Of a stretch of DNA of 64,000 bases, positions 25,877 to 36,201 are shown piece by piece. The stretch lies in assembly GCF_041886205.1 (NCBI RefSeq), contig NZ_CP169029.1. One strand, 5' to 3'. Position numbers and translations under genes: made by a program. Below the pieces are notes generated by a model, which worked only from the letters and a program-made list of their open reading frames with translations, made no database searches and was not told the DNA's origin. Position 1 is the first letter of the stretch, and every line of letters begins with the position of its first letter. Source of the DNA: Escherichia coli (GTDB taxonomy: Bacteria; Pseudomonadota; Gammaproteobacteria; Enterobacterales; Enterobacteriaceae).

Positions 25877-27115
25877 ATGGCTGACACTCGCCCTGAACGT
25901 CGCTTTACGCGCATTGATCGTCTCCCGCCCTACGTTTTTAACATTACCGCTGAACTGAAAATGGCTGCGCGTCGGCGCGGTGAAGATATTATCGATTTCA
26001 GTATGGGTAACCCGGACGGTGCGACTCCGCCGCACATCGTCGAAAAATTATGTACGGTGGCCCAGCGCCCGGACACGCATGGTTACTCCACGTCACGCGG
26101 CATTCCGCGGTTACGTCGCGCCATTTCCCGCTGGTATCAGGAACGCTACGACGTTGAGATCGACCCGGAATCAGAAGCCATCGTCACCATTGGTTCGAAA
26201 GAGGGGCTGGCACACCTGATGCTGGCGACGCTGGATCATGGTGACACGGTGCTGGTGCCGAATCCAAGTTACCCGATCCATATTTATGGCGCGGTGATTG
26301 CCGGGGCGCAGGTACGCTCAGTGCCGCTGGTGGAAGGTGTCGATTTCTTCAACGAACTGGAGCGAGCCATTCGTGAAAGTTATCCGAAACCGAAGATGAT
26401 GATCCTCGGCTTCCCGTCAAACCCAACCGCGCAATGCGTGGAACTGGAGTTCTTCGAAAAAGTAGTGGCGCTGGCGAAACGCTACGATGTGCTGGTGGTC
26501 CATGACCTGGCCTATGCCGATATCGTCTACGATGGCTGGAAAGCGCCGTCAATTATGCAGGTACCGGGTGCACGCGATGTGGCAGTCGAGTTCTTTACGC
26601 TGTCGAAAAGCTACAACATGGCGGGCTGGCGTATCGGCTTTATGGTTGGCAACAAAACGCTGGTCAGCGCCCTGGCTCGTATTAAAAGCTATCACGATTA
26701 CGGCACCTTTACGCCGTTGCAGGTGGCGGCGATTGCGGCGCTGGAGGGCGATCAACAGTGCGTGCGCGACATTGCCGAACAGTACAAACGCCGCCGTGAT
26801 GTATTGGTTAAAGGGCTGCATGAAGCGGGCTGGATGGTTGAAATGCCGAAGGCTTCGATGTATGTCTGGGCGAAAATCCCGGAACCATATGCGGCCATGG
26901 GATCGCTGGAATTTGCCAAGAAGCTCCTTAACGAAGCGAAGGTTTGTGTCTCGCCGGGGATTGGCTTTGGCGACTATGGTGATACGCATGTTCGCTTTGC
27001 ACTGATTGAAAACCGCGACCGTATTCGTCAGGCCATCAGAGGGATTAAAGCGATGTTCCGTGCCGACGGTTTACTACCCGCCAGCAGCAAACATATTCAC
27101 GAAAACGCGGAATAA
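25877..27115 (+). CDS. alaC: Glutamate-pyruvate aminotransferase AlaC (YfdZ, 412 aa)
   Basis: Class I PLP aminotransferase; PLP-lysine context (…[15 protein letters not shown]…). Confidence 0.92.
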   Translation: MADTRPERRFTRIDRLPPYVFNITAELKMAARRRGEDIIDFSMGNPDGATPPHIVEKLCTVAQRPDTHGYSTSRGIPRLRRAISRWYQERYDVEIDPESEAIVTIGSKEGLAHLMLATLDHGDTVLVPNPSYPIHIYGAVIAGAQVRSVPLVEGVDFFNELERAIRESYPKPKMMILGFPSNPTAQCVELEFFEKVVALAKRYDVLVVHDLAYADIVYDGWKAPSIMQVPGARDVAVEFFTLSKSYNMAGWRIGFMVGNKTLVSALARIKSYHDYGTFTPLQVAAIAALEGDQQCVRDIAEQYKRRRDVLVKGLHEAGWMVEMPKASMYVWAKIPEPYAAMGSLEFAKKLLNEAKVCVSPGIGFGDYGDTHVRFALIENRDRIRQAIRGIKAMFRADGLLPASSKHIHENAE

Positions 27116-27179
27116 ACACCGTCGTCAGAAATGCAAACAGGAGCCTGATGGCTCCTGTTTTTCATTGCACAGTTTGCTT

Positions 27180-27251
27180 TTAGATCATCAGGGCAAAAGT
27201 ACCGGCCCAAACGATGACCATAAAAGAAATGCCCATAAAGAAATATTTCAC
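27180..27251 (-). CDS. ypdK: Small membrane protein YpdK (23 aa, GTG start)
   Basis: Minus strand reads GTG AAA TAT TTC TTT ATG GGC … CTG ATG ATC TAA = (M)KYFFMGISFMVIVWAGTFALMI; too short for the ORF track. Confidence 0.55.
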   Translation of the reverse strand: MKYFFMGISFMVIVWAGTFALMI

Positions 27252-27606
27252 TTTACATCTCTCCGCGTAATTACTGTTACGCCTGAATGACTTCATTACA
27301 CCTGATACAGTGAGTTGACACCGGGCAAAGCGACCTTAAAAGCCCTGTATTTTACCGTGGGCATCACCCCAGAATTCTGAGCTAAACTGCTCGAGACGGC
27401 GCTAATGTACGCCTAAAACTGAAACGAGACAAGAGGCATTTTCTTATTTACTTTTAGTAACTTACAAGTGTCTCATATCGGCGACAGTTTAATTTCTGAC
27501 GGTAATAATTAGATATTCAGCGAAGGAAAAAACCTTAAGAAAAAAGCCATAAAAACCATGAGGTTATTATGGCCGATTTGAGGAGGGAAAGAGTAAGAGC
27601 AGTTTG

Positions 27607-28527
27607 TTAAATGTACAACGACGATTCTCCCACCGGGCGCGTTTTAAAGCGACGGTGGATCCAGAGGTACTGCTCCGGTGCGCGCATGATCTCTTTCTCG
27701 ATAATCTTGTTCATATAGGCAGCGGCTTGATTTTCATCTGTCGGGTAGCCTTCCATCTCTGGGGTGATGAACAAACGATATCCGCTGTAATCCGCTTTTC
27801 TTACCATCGTTACGGTCAACATGGCTGCGCCAGAGAGACGGGAGAGAACATAGGTGCCATTGGTTGTGGCGACATTTTCCACCGCAAAGAACGGCGCGAA
27901 GGAGCTGCCTTTACGACCATAATCCTGATCGGGAGCAAACCATACCGCTTCACCTTTCTTCAGTGCACCGACAATGCCGCGCAGATTATTTCTGCCGATC
28001 ATCGCTTTGTTAGAGCGCATGCGCCCACGGGTCTGCACCCATTCCATCAGCTGATTATTATGTGGACGATAGGTAGCCATCATTGGTTGGCACAGTCCCA
28101 TCACGCGGCCGCCCAGTTCCAGCGACATAAAATGGACGCCGACAACCATTACGCCGCGATTTTGCATTTGTGCGCGTTTAAGGTTATCCAACCCTTCAAC
28201 ATCAAACCATTTACGTACGCGACTGTCGGGCCAGAACCATGCCATGCCGGTTTCTACCAGCGCCATGCCGAGTGAACGAAAGTTTTCGGCAATCATCTTC
28301 TCGCGTTCTTCCGCAGAATGCTGCGGGAAACAAAGTTCCAGGTTTTTACGGGCGATAGATTCACGACGTTTCAGGAATGGTCGCGCCATTGCGCCAATAC
28401 GCGTGCCGAGAAAGCAGAGAACAGGATAAGGAAGCTGTACCCAAAGCCAGAGTACACCAAGCCCAAACCATGTGAGCCAGTAGCGAGGATGTAGAAACTC
28501 GCGGGAAAATTTGCATTGTGGAAACAT
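27607..28527 (-). CDS. lpxP: Lipid A palmitoleoyltransferase LpxP (cold-induced, 306 aa)
   Basis: LpxL/LpxM/LpxP lauroyl-acyltransferase family; start taken at MFPQCKFSREF (28527) inside the longer track ORF. Confidence 0.88.
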   Translation of the reverse strand: MFPQCKFSREFLHPRYWLTWFGLGVLWLWVQLPYPVLCFLGTRIGAMARPFLKRRESIARKNLELCFPQHSAEEREKMIAENFRSLGMALVETGMAWFWPDSRVRKWFDVEGLDNLKRAQMQNRGVMVVGVHFMSLELGGRVMGLCQPMMATYRPHNNQLMEWVQTRGRMRSNKAMIGRNNLRGIVGALKKGEAVWFAPDQDYGRKGSSFAPFFAVENVATTNGTYVLSRLSGAAMLTVTMVRKADYSGYRLFITPEMEGYPTDENQAAAYMNKIIEKEIMRAPEQYLWIHRRFKTRPVGESSLYI

Positions 28528-28879
28528 AGTTACCTTCTGTAGATACGAATTGTTGTATCGCAGAAGATTCCATGTCGACAGCGGTACACTCAATTGGTTG
28601 GGCCATCATGTACGACAATGGTTCCTGTAAAGAGTGTAAAGACTAGTCAGGACATAACCACGAGGAGCATGAATGCGGTATCTGTACTTTATCACTCGCT
28701 GACTGCTTTCAGCTACTGATTATTAATCGTGCAAAGTAAATATTTTTCCGTACACAACAGTCTTGCATTTAACATGCTGTTTTCATTGATGCTTAGCAAA
28801 AATTGCCAGAGGTTAAGGATTGTCTTACTATTAAAGTGACTGAAGTTACAGGTTTTTTAGCGCGGCAGGAGGTTGAGCT

Positions 28880-29122
28880 ATGATTTATTTATGGATGTTT
28901 CTCGCCCTGTGTATTGTCTGCGTAAGCGGCTACATCGGTCAGGTACTGAACGTGGTATCGGCGGTCTCTTCTTTCTTCGGCATGGTGATCCTCGCTGCAC
29001 TCATTTATTACTTCACCATGTGGTTAACTGGCGGTAATGAACTGGTGACGGGGATATTTATGTTTCTTGCCCCGGCTTGTGGCTTGATGATTCGCTTTAT
29101 GGTGGGGTATGGCAGGCGATAG
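28880..29122 (+). CDS. yfdY: Small inner-membrane protein YfdY (DUF2545, 80 aa)
   Basis: 80-aa two-helix hydrophobic protein; position matches yfdY. Confidence 0.72.
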   Translation: MIYLWMFLALCIVCVSGYIGQVLNVVSAVSSFFGMVILAALIYYFTMWLTGGNELVTGIFMFLAPACGLMIRFMVGYGRR

Positions 29123-29198
29123 TGGGTCAGGATGGCTCATTTGGGCAGGTGTTCACATCAGCATCAGACATGATTGTTCACCTACCATGTGACAGACG

Positions 29199-29474
29199 CT
29201 ATCGCACAGGATGAATAAAATAATTCGCCTTTGTCGGATAAGTAGGCGTGATTTCTTCTGTGAGGTTTAATGGTGGCGCATCTTCTCTCATCTTAAACAA
29301 AATCGCCTGTGATGGCTGAAGTTTTGTAGAGTGTGTGGTCGTCATCGCTGATGTTTTTTCAGTCTCTTTATAGCTCCTCTCACTTACACCACCAGAAATG
29401 GAAAATGCAAAAACATTGCATGCCATAATAGAGACCAATAAAAATAAGCTGAAAAGTATTAAGTTTACTTTCAT
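29199..29474 (-). CDS. ypdI: Putative lipoprotein YpdI (91 aa)
   Basis: Signal peptide with lipobox-like LVSIMAC; 91 aa. Confidence 0.72.
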   Translation of the reverse strand: MKVNLILFSLFLLVSIMACNVFAFSISGGVSERSYKETEKTSAMTTTHSTKLQPSQAILFKMREDAPPLNLTEEITPTYPTKANYFIHPVR

Positions 29475-29616
29475 AGAAAGTTATCCTGAAAATGGTTCAC
29501 TGAGAACCTACGATGTTATGGCTGTATTTACATATAATTAATCAATATTTACATCGATATAATAAATGACATCTCTTTGTGGTACATAAGAATAGTTCTC
29601 TGCGACAGGAAGCAGA

Positions 29617-29634
29617 TTCCTACAATTGTAAGAC
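29617..29634. promoter_or_regulatory. Candidate EvgA box upstream of yfdX (tTCCTACA-att-GTAAGAc)
   Basis: Same 7-3-7 inverted-repeat architecture (TCCTACA N3 GTAAGA) as the site in the evgA-emrK intergenic region; ~135 bp upstream of yfdX. Confidence 0.45.
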
Positions 29635-29769
29635 TAAAATACTTCTTGCGATAATAACTACAACTGTAAGATAACCCTTTCAAAATGACCGTTGCTCTCT
29701 GATTTCTCATTTCATGCTCACCCAATATGATGGCGGCGTTTTCTAAAACTGTTAAAGAATGAGGTAAGT

Positions 29770-30402
29770 ATGAAACGTTTAATTATGGCTACGATGGTCA
29801 CAGCAATTCTGGCATCTTCAACTGTATGGGCTGCTGATAATGCACCGGTAGCGGCACAACAGCAAACTCAGCAAGTTCAGCAAACCCAGAAAACGGCAGC
29901 AGCAGAGCGTATCTCTGAACAAGGTTTATATGCGATGCGTGACGTGCAGGTAGCGCGCCTGGCTCTGTTTCATGGCGATCCAGAAAAGGCAAAAGAACTG
30001 ACCAATGAAGCTTCCGCTTTGCTGTCAGATGACAGTACCGAATGGGCAAAGTTCGCTAAGCCAGGTAAAAAGACCAATCTCAATGATGACCAATATATTG
30101 TCATTAATGCATCTGTCGGAATTTCTGAGAGTTATGTAGCAACTCCCGAAAAAGAAGCCGCGATAAAAATTGCCAATGAAAAAATGGCGAAAGGGGATAA
30201 AAAGGGCGCAATGGAAGAGCTTCGCCTGGCCGGTGTTGGCGTAATGGAAAACCAATATCTGATGCCACTTAAACAGACTCGTAATGCACTTGCTGATGCG
30301 CAGAAACTGCTTGATAAAAAGCAATACTACGAGGCAAACCTGGCGCTTAAAGGTGCGGAAGATGGAATCATCGTCGATAGCGAAGCACTGTTTGTGAACT
30401 AA
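29770..30402 (+). CDS. yfdX: Periplasmic protein YfdX (EvgA-regulated, 210 aa)
   Basis: Signal peptide ([21 protein letters not shown]), 210 aa, upstream of frc. Confidence 0.85.
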   Translation: MKRLIMATMVTAILASSTVWAADNAPVAAQQQTQQVQQTQKTAAAERISEQGLYAMRDVQVARLALFHGDPEKAKELTNEASALLSDDSTEWAKFAKPGKKTNLNDDQYIVINASVGISESYVATPEKEAAIKIANEKMAKGDKKGAMEELRLAGVGVMENQYLMPLKQTRNALADAQKLLDKKQYYEANLALKGAEDGIIVDSEALFVN

Positions 30403-30914
30403 TGCTGACAGGCAGTATATTGAGGTAAAGGATTTAACTCCCTCCAGCCGACAATTTTTTATGACCACAATACGACAGGTTGTGGTCATAAAATTATTTG
30501 GCGCTCGCGGTGCTATAAACTCGCATTTTATATTCCTCAAAGTAAACCGCAATAATCCCGTGTCATCACAAATCATTTATTATGTTATGTTTTATGGTAC
30601 GCTTTAAAAAGCGTAATCATACCCTTGCTTGTAAATCACCGGCGCTTCTTACAGTTGTAAGAATAACATCACAAATGTCGCGACTCTCTCTGATTACCAC
30701 GAATCAATATTTATCATATTCTTCTTTTCGTCCTCACTACTTACCATGCAGAAAGGAATTGGAAGTGGCGATGAAATGATTTTCAGCACTTGATACAGGA
30801 TTTTAAAAATATCTAGTGCAGCTACGACGATATTTTGCGGGTTATTTATAGAAGATATTACGCCTTAAATAAACGCTAAATTAACACATATTTAATTAAC
30901 TAATAGGTATTGCT

Positions 30915-32165
30915 ATGTCAACTCCACTTCAAGGAATTAAAGTTCTCGATTTCACCGGTGTGCAATCTGGCCCATCTTGTACTCAAATGCTGGCCTGGTT
31001 TGGCGCTGACGTTATTAAAATTGAACGTCCCGGCGTTGGTGACGTAACGCGTCACCAGCTGCGAGATATTCCTGATATCGATGCGCTTTACTTCACCATG
31101 CTTAACAGTAACAAACGTTCTATTGAGTTAAATACCAAAACAGCGGAAGGCAAAGAGGTAATGGAAAAGCTGATCCGCGAAGCTGATATCTTAGTCGAGA
31201 ACTTTCATCCAGGGGCCATTGATCACATGGGCTTCACCTGGGAGCATATTCAAGAAATCAATCCACGTCTGATTTTTGGTTCGATCAAAGGGTTTGATGA
31301 GTGTTCGCCTTATGTGAATGTAAAAGCCTATGAAAACGTTGCTCAGGCAGCGGGTGGCGCGGCATCCACTACGGGTTTTTGGGATGGTCCGCCGCTGGTA
31401 AGCGCTGCAGCGTTGGGTGACAGCAACACCGGAATGCATTTGCTGATCGGTTTACTTGCTGCTTTGCTGCATCGCGAAAAAACGGGGCGTGGGCAACGAG
31501 TCACCATGTCAATGCAGGATGCCGTATTGAACCTTTGCCGCGTGAAATTACGTGACCAGCAGCGTCTCGATAAATTGGGTTATCTGGAAGAATACCCGCA
31601 GTATCCGAATGGTATATTTGGTGATGCAGTTCCCCGCGGTGGTAATGCAGGTGGTGGCGGTCAGCCTGGCTGGATCCTGAAATGTAAAGGCTGGGAAACC
31701 GATCCTAACGCCTATATTTATTTCACTATTCAGGAGCAAAACTGGGAAAACACCTGTAAAGCCATCGGCAAACCAGAATGGATTACCGATCCGGCATACA
31801 GTACAGCCCATGCACGACAGCCACATATTTTCGATATTTTTGCTGAAATCGAAAAATACACTGTCACTATTGATAAACATGAAGCGGTGGCCTATTTGAC
31901 TCAGTTTGATATTCCTTGTGCACCGGTTTTAAGTATGAAAGAAATTTCACTTGATCCCTCTTTGCGCCAAAGTGGCAGTGTTGTTGAAGTGGAACAACCG
32001 TTGCGTGGAAAATATCTGACCGTTGGTTGTCCAATGAAATTCTCTGCCTTTACGCCGGATATTAAAGCTGCGCCGCTATTAGGTGAACATACCGCTGCTG
32101 TATTGCAGGAGCTGGGTTATAGCGACGATGAAATTGCTGCAATGAAGCAAAACCACGCCATCTGA
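30915..32165 (+). CDS. frc: Formyl-CoA:oxalate CoA-transferase (416 aa)
   Basis: CoA-transferase family III (CaiB/BaiF-like); 416 aa, adjacent to oxc. Confidence 0.92.
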   Translation: MSTPLQGIKVLDFTGVQSGPSCTQMLAWFGADVIKIERPGVGDVTRHQLRDIPDIDALYFTMLNSNKRSIELNTKTAEGKEVMEKLIREADILVENFHPGAIDHMGFTWEHIQEINPRLIFGSIKGFDECSPYVNVKAYENVAQAAGGAASTTGFWDGPPLVSAAALGDSNTGMHLLIGLLAALLHREKTGRGQRVTMSMQDAVLNLCRVKLRDQQRLDKLGYLEEYPQYPNGIFGDAVPRGGNAGGGGQPGWILKCKGWETDPNAYIYFTIQEQNWENTCKAIGKPEWITDPAYSTAHARQPHIFDIFAEIEKYTVTIDKHEAVAYLTQFDIPCAPVLSMKEISLDPSLRQSGSVVEVEQPLRGKYLTVGCPMKFSAFTPDIKAAPLLGEHTAAVLQELGYSDDEIAAMKQNHAI

Positions 32166-32218
32166 TATTAACGGGGGCTTCTGGCTCCCAATTTATAAAA
32201 ATTTCGAGGTTATTAATC

Positions 32219-33913
32219 ATGTCAGATCAACTTCAAATGACAGATGGTATGCATATCATCGTTGAAGCATTAAAACAGAATAATATTGACACTATTTATG
32301 GTGTTGTAGGTATTCCTGTGACGGATATGGCACGCCATGCCCAGGCGGAAGGCATTCGTTATATTGGTTTTCGTCATGAGCAGTCGGCAGGCTATGCCGC
32401 TGCGGCAAGCGGTTTTCTTACCCAAAAACCGGGGATCTGCCTGACAGTTTCTGCGCCAGGATTCCTCAATGGTTTGACCGCATTGGCCAACGCAACGGTA
32501 AATGGTTTTCCGATGATCATGATTAGCGGCTCCAGCGACCGCGCGATCGTCGACCTACAGCAAGGTGATTATGAAGAGCTGGACCAAATGAATGCGGCAA
32601 AACCGTATGCCAAAGCAGCATTTCGCGTTAATCAGCCGCAGGATCTTGGCATTGCATTGGCACGCGCTATCCGGGTCTCTGTATCGGGTCGCCCTGGCGG
32701 AGTTTATCTTGATTTGCCAGCAAATGTCCTGGCCGCGACGATGGAAAAAGACGAAGCGTTAACCACGATTGTTAAAGTTGAAAATCCGTCGCCAGCATTA
32801 TTGCCATGCCCGAAGTCAGTCACTAGCGCAATTTCGCTTTTAGCAAAAGCTGAACGGCCATTAATTATCCTTGGCAAAGGCGCGGCGTATTCACAAGCTG
32901 ATGAACAGCTTCGTGAATTTATTGAAAGTACTCAGATTCCATTCCTGCCAATGTCTATGGCGAAAGGGATCCTTGAAGATACGCATCCACTTTCTGCGGC
33001 AGCTGCGCGTTCGTTTGCCCTGGCAAATGCTGACGTTGTCATGCTTGTTGGTGCACGACTGAATTGGTTATTGGCACACGGTAAAAAAGGATGGGCGGCA
33101 GATACACAGTTTATTCAACTGGATATTGAACCGCAGGAAATTGACAGCAACCGCCCCATTGCTGTGCCAGTCGTTGGTGATATTGCATCCAGTATGCAAG
33201 GTATGCTGGCAGAACTGAAACAAAACACATTTACGACTCCACTGGTATGGCGCGATATTTTAAATATCCACAAGCAGCAAAATGCACAAAAAATGCATGA
33301 AAAATTAAGTACAGATACTCAACCATTAAATTACTTTAATGCATTAAGTGCTGTGCGCGACGTATTGCGCGAGAACCAGGATATTTATTTAGTTAATGAA
33401 GGTGCAAATACCCTGGATAATGCACGAAATATTATTGATATGTATAAACCACGTCGTCGTCTGGATTGTGGTACCTGGGGTGTCATGGGCATCGGTATGG
33501 GCTATGCCATCGGTGCTAGCGTGACTTCTGGTTCTCCGGTTGTCGCCATTGAAGGTGATAGTGCTTTTGGTTTCAGTGGGATGGAAATTGAAACGATTTG
33601 TCGATATAACCTGCCGGTGACGATCGTTATTTTTAATAATGGCGGCATCTACAGAGGAGACGGTGTTGATCTCAGTGGCGCTGGTGCACCATCACCAACG
33701 GATCTGATGCACCATGCAAGGTATGACAAATTAATGGATGCGTTTCGTGGCGTTGGCTATAACGTCACCACGACAGATGAACTTCGTCATGCTTTAACCA
33801 CCGGTATTCAGTTGCGCAAACCGACCATTATTAATGTGGTCATCGACCCTGCAGCAGGAACTGAAAGTGGCCATATTACCAAACTTAACCCAAAACAAGT
33901 CGCTGGTAATTAA
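32219..33913 (+). CDS. oxc: Oxalyl-CoA decarboxylase (ThDP-dependent, 564 aa)
   Basis: ThDP enzyme with a GDG…NN-type cofactor motif (…IEGDSAFGFSGMEIETICRYNLPVTIVIFNNGG…). Confidence 0.92.
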   Translation: MSDQLQMTDGMHIIVEALKQNNIDTIYGVVGIPVTDMARHAQAEGIRYIGFRHEQSAGYAAAASGFLTQKPGICLTVSAPGFLNGLTALANATVNGFPMIMISGSSDRAIVDLQQGDYEELDQMNAAKPYAKAAFRVNQPQDLGIALARAIRVSVSGRPGGVYLDLPANVLAATMEKDEALTTIVKVENPSPALLPCPKSVTSAISLLAKAERPLIILGKGAAYSQADEQLREFIESTQIPFLPMSMAKGILEDTHPLSAAAARSFALANADVVMLVGARLNWLLAHGKKGWAADTQFIQLDIEPQEIDSNRPIAVPVVGDIASSMQGMLAELKQNTFTTPLVWRDILNIHKQQNAQKMHEKLSTDTQPLNYFNALSAVRDVLRENQDIYLVNEGANTLDNARNIIDMYKPRRRLDCGTWGVMGIGMGYAIGASVTSGSPVVAIEGDSAFGFSGMEIETICRYNLPVTIVIFNNGGIYRGDGVDLSGAGAPSPTDLMHHARYDKLMDAFRGVGYNVTTTDELRHALTTGIQLRKPTIINVVIDPAAGTESGHITKLNPKQVAGN

Positions 33914-33982
33914 ATACTGACATCGTCTCCTCTTGCCAACTCATTATGCGATGGTGAGGGGACCCTTATCGGAAATACTATT

Positions 33983-34927
33983 ATGCTAACATTTTTTATT
34001 GGCGATTTATTGCCTATTATCGTAATCATGCTGTTGGGTTATTTTAGCGGCAGACGAGAAACTTTTTCAGAAGATCAAGCCCGCGCATTTAATAAACTGG
34101 TATTAAACTACGCTCTTCCTGCGGCTCTATTTGTTTCTATTACCCGGGCAAACAGGGAAATGATTTTTGCGGACACTCGTCTGACCCTTGTATCACTTGT
34201 GGTTATTGTCGGATGTTTCTTTTTCTCCTGGTTTGGTTGCTACAAATTTTTTAAACGTACCCATGCAGAAGCAGCTGTATGTGCATTAATTGCGGGTTCA
34301 CCTACCATTGGATTCCTGGGGTTTGCAGTTCTCGATCCTATTTATGGTGATTCCGTATCAACAGGTTTAGTGGTAGCAATTATTTCTATTATTGTTAACG
34401 CAATTACTATTCCTATTGGTCTGTATTTGCTGAATCCTTCCTCAGGAGCGGATGGTAAGAAGAATAGTAATCTGAGCGCATTAATTTCTGCGGCAAAGGA
34501 GCCAGTAGTATGGGCACCTGTTCTGGCAACGATCCTGGTGTTGGTTGGGGTAAAAATTCCGGCAGCATGGGACCCAACCTTTAATCTGATTGCGAAGGCT
34601 AACTCAGGGGTAGCGGTATTCGCTGCGGGGTTGACTCTGGCTGCACATAAATTCGAGTTCAGTGCCGAAATTGCTTATAACACCTTCCTGAAGCTGATTC
34701 TGATGCCACTGGCACTGCTTCTCGTTGGTATGGCATGTCATTTGAACAGCGAACATCTGCAGATGATGGTACTGGCAGGCGCATTACCGCCGGCATTCTC
34801 CGGAATCATTATTGCCAGCCGGTTTAATGTCTACACCCGTACTGGTACAGCGTCATTGGCTGTGAGCGTACTGGGCTTTGTCGTCACGGCTCCCTTGTGG
34901 ATTTATGTCAGTCGACTGGTTTCATAA
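33983..34927 (+). CDS. yfdV: AEC-family putative transporter YfdV (314 aa)
   Basis: 10-TM auxin-efflux-carrier-like membrane protein. Confidence 0.86.
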
Positions 34928-35000
34928 TTAATCATGTTATTGATTTTACATAAATGCCGAAGTGTCTTTTCACCTTCGGCTTTTTTCAAGGCATAAGCAA

Positions 35001-36146
35001 ATGACAAATAATGAAAGCAAAGGGCCGTTTGAAGGCTTATTAGTTATCGATATGACACATGTCCTTAATGGACCTTTCGGAACTCAACTTCTTTGTAATA
35101 TGGGCGCAAGGGTAATTAAAGTTGAGCCGCCGGGTCATGGTGATGATACCCGCACATTTGGTCCCTATGTGGATGGACAGTCACTCTATTACAGTTTTAT
35201 TAATCATGGCAAAGAGAGTGTGGTTCTTGATTTAAAGAATGATCACGATAAAAGTATATTTATAAATATGCTCAAACAAGCTGATGTATTAGCTGAGAAT
35301 TTTCGCCCAGGTACAATGGAAAAACTGGGGTTTTCATGGGAAACGCTTCAAGAAATCAACCCGCGCCTCATATATGCTTCATCGTCAGGTTTCGGACATA
35401 CCGGTCCGCTAAAAGATGCTCCTGCCTACGATACCATCATTCAGGCAATGAGCGGGATAATGATGGAAACAGGATATCCTGATGCTCCGCCAGTGCGCGT
35501 TGGTACATCTCTTGCGGATCTATGCGGCGGTGTCTATTTATTCAGCGGAATAGTGAGTGCACTTTATGGCCGCGAAAAGAGCCAGAGAGGGGCGCATGTC
35601 GATATAGCGATGTTTGATGCCACGCTGAGTTTTCTGGAGCATGGTCTGATGGCATATATCGCAACTGGGAAGTCACCACAACGTCTGGGAAATCGCCATC
35701 CCTACATGGCACCTTTTGATGTTTTCAATACTCAGGATAAGCCGATTACGATTTGTTGTGGTAATGACAAGCTTTTTTCTGCGTTATGCCAGGCACTGGA
35801 GCTTACGGAACTGGTTAATGATCCCCGATTTAGCAGCAATATTTTACGCGTACAAAACCAGGCTATTCTTAAACAATATATTGAGCGGACGTTAAAAACG
35901 CAGGCAGCTGAAGTTTGGTTAGCCAGAATACATGAAGTTGGTGTACCCGTCGCGCCGTTATTAAGTGTGGCTGAGGCCATTAAATTGCCACAAACTCAGG
36001 CGAGAAATATGTTGATTGAAGCCGGGGGAATAATGATGCCGGGTAATCCGATAAAAATCAGCGGCTGCGCGGACCCGCATGTTATGCCGGGAGCGGCAAC
36101 GCTCGACCAGCATGGGGAACAAATTCGCCAGGAGTTCTCATCATAA
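35001..36146 (+). CDS. yfdE: Acetyl-CoA:oxalate CoA-transferase YfdE (381 aa)
   Basis: Second family III CoA-transferase, paralogous to frc; start taken at MTNNESKGPFEG inside the track ORF. Confidence 0.86.
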   Translation: MTNNESKGPFEGLLVIDMTHVLNGPFGTQLLCNMGARVIKVEPPGHGDDTRTFGPYVDGQSLYYSFINHGKESVVLDLKNDHDKSIFINMLKQADVLAENFRPGTMEKLGFSWETLQEINPRLIYASSSGFGHTGPLKDAPAYDTIIQAMSGIMMETGYPDAPPVRVGTSLADLCGGVYLFSGIVSALYGREKSQRGAHVDIAMFDATLSFLEHGLMAYIATGKSPQRLGNRHPYMAPFDVFNTQDKPITICCGNDKLFSALCQALELTELVNDPRFSSNILRVQNQAILKQYIERTLKTQAAEVWLARIHEVGVPVAPLLSVAEAIKLPQTQARNMLIEAGGIMMPGNPIKISGCADPHVMPGAATLDQHGEQIRQEFSS

Positions 36147-36201
36147 ATGTAAGATGTGCTGGTAAATAGCTCCCACATTTGAACATTGTGGGAGCCGCTA
36201 T

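Noticed and set aside
27604..28275. 223-aa plus-strand ORF opposite lpxP
   Set aside because: Antisense to lpxP, which has clear family character; no start context.
30461..30490. Palindrome ATGACCACAA-N10-TTGTGGTCAT downstream of yfdX as a regulatory site
   Set aside because: Most simply a transcript-end hairpin for yfdX; it has no T-run, so it is not listed as a terminator, and there is no evidence for protein binding.
30025..30576. 183-aa minus-strand ORF overlapping yfdX
   Set aside because: Antisense to yfdX; Cys/Phe-rich junk translation.
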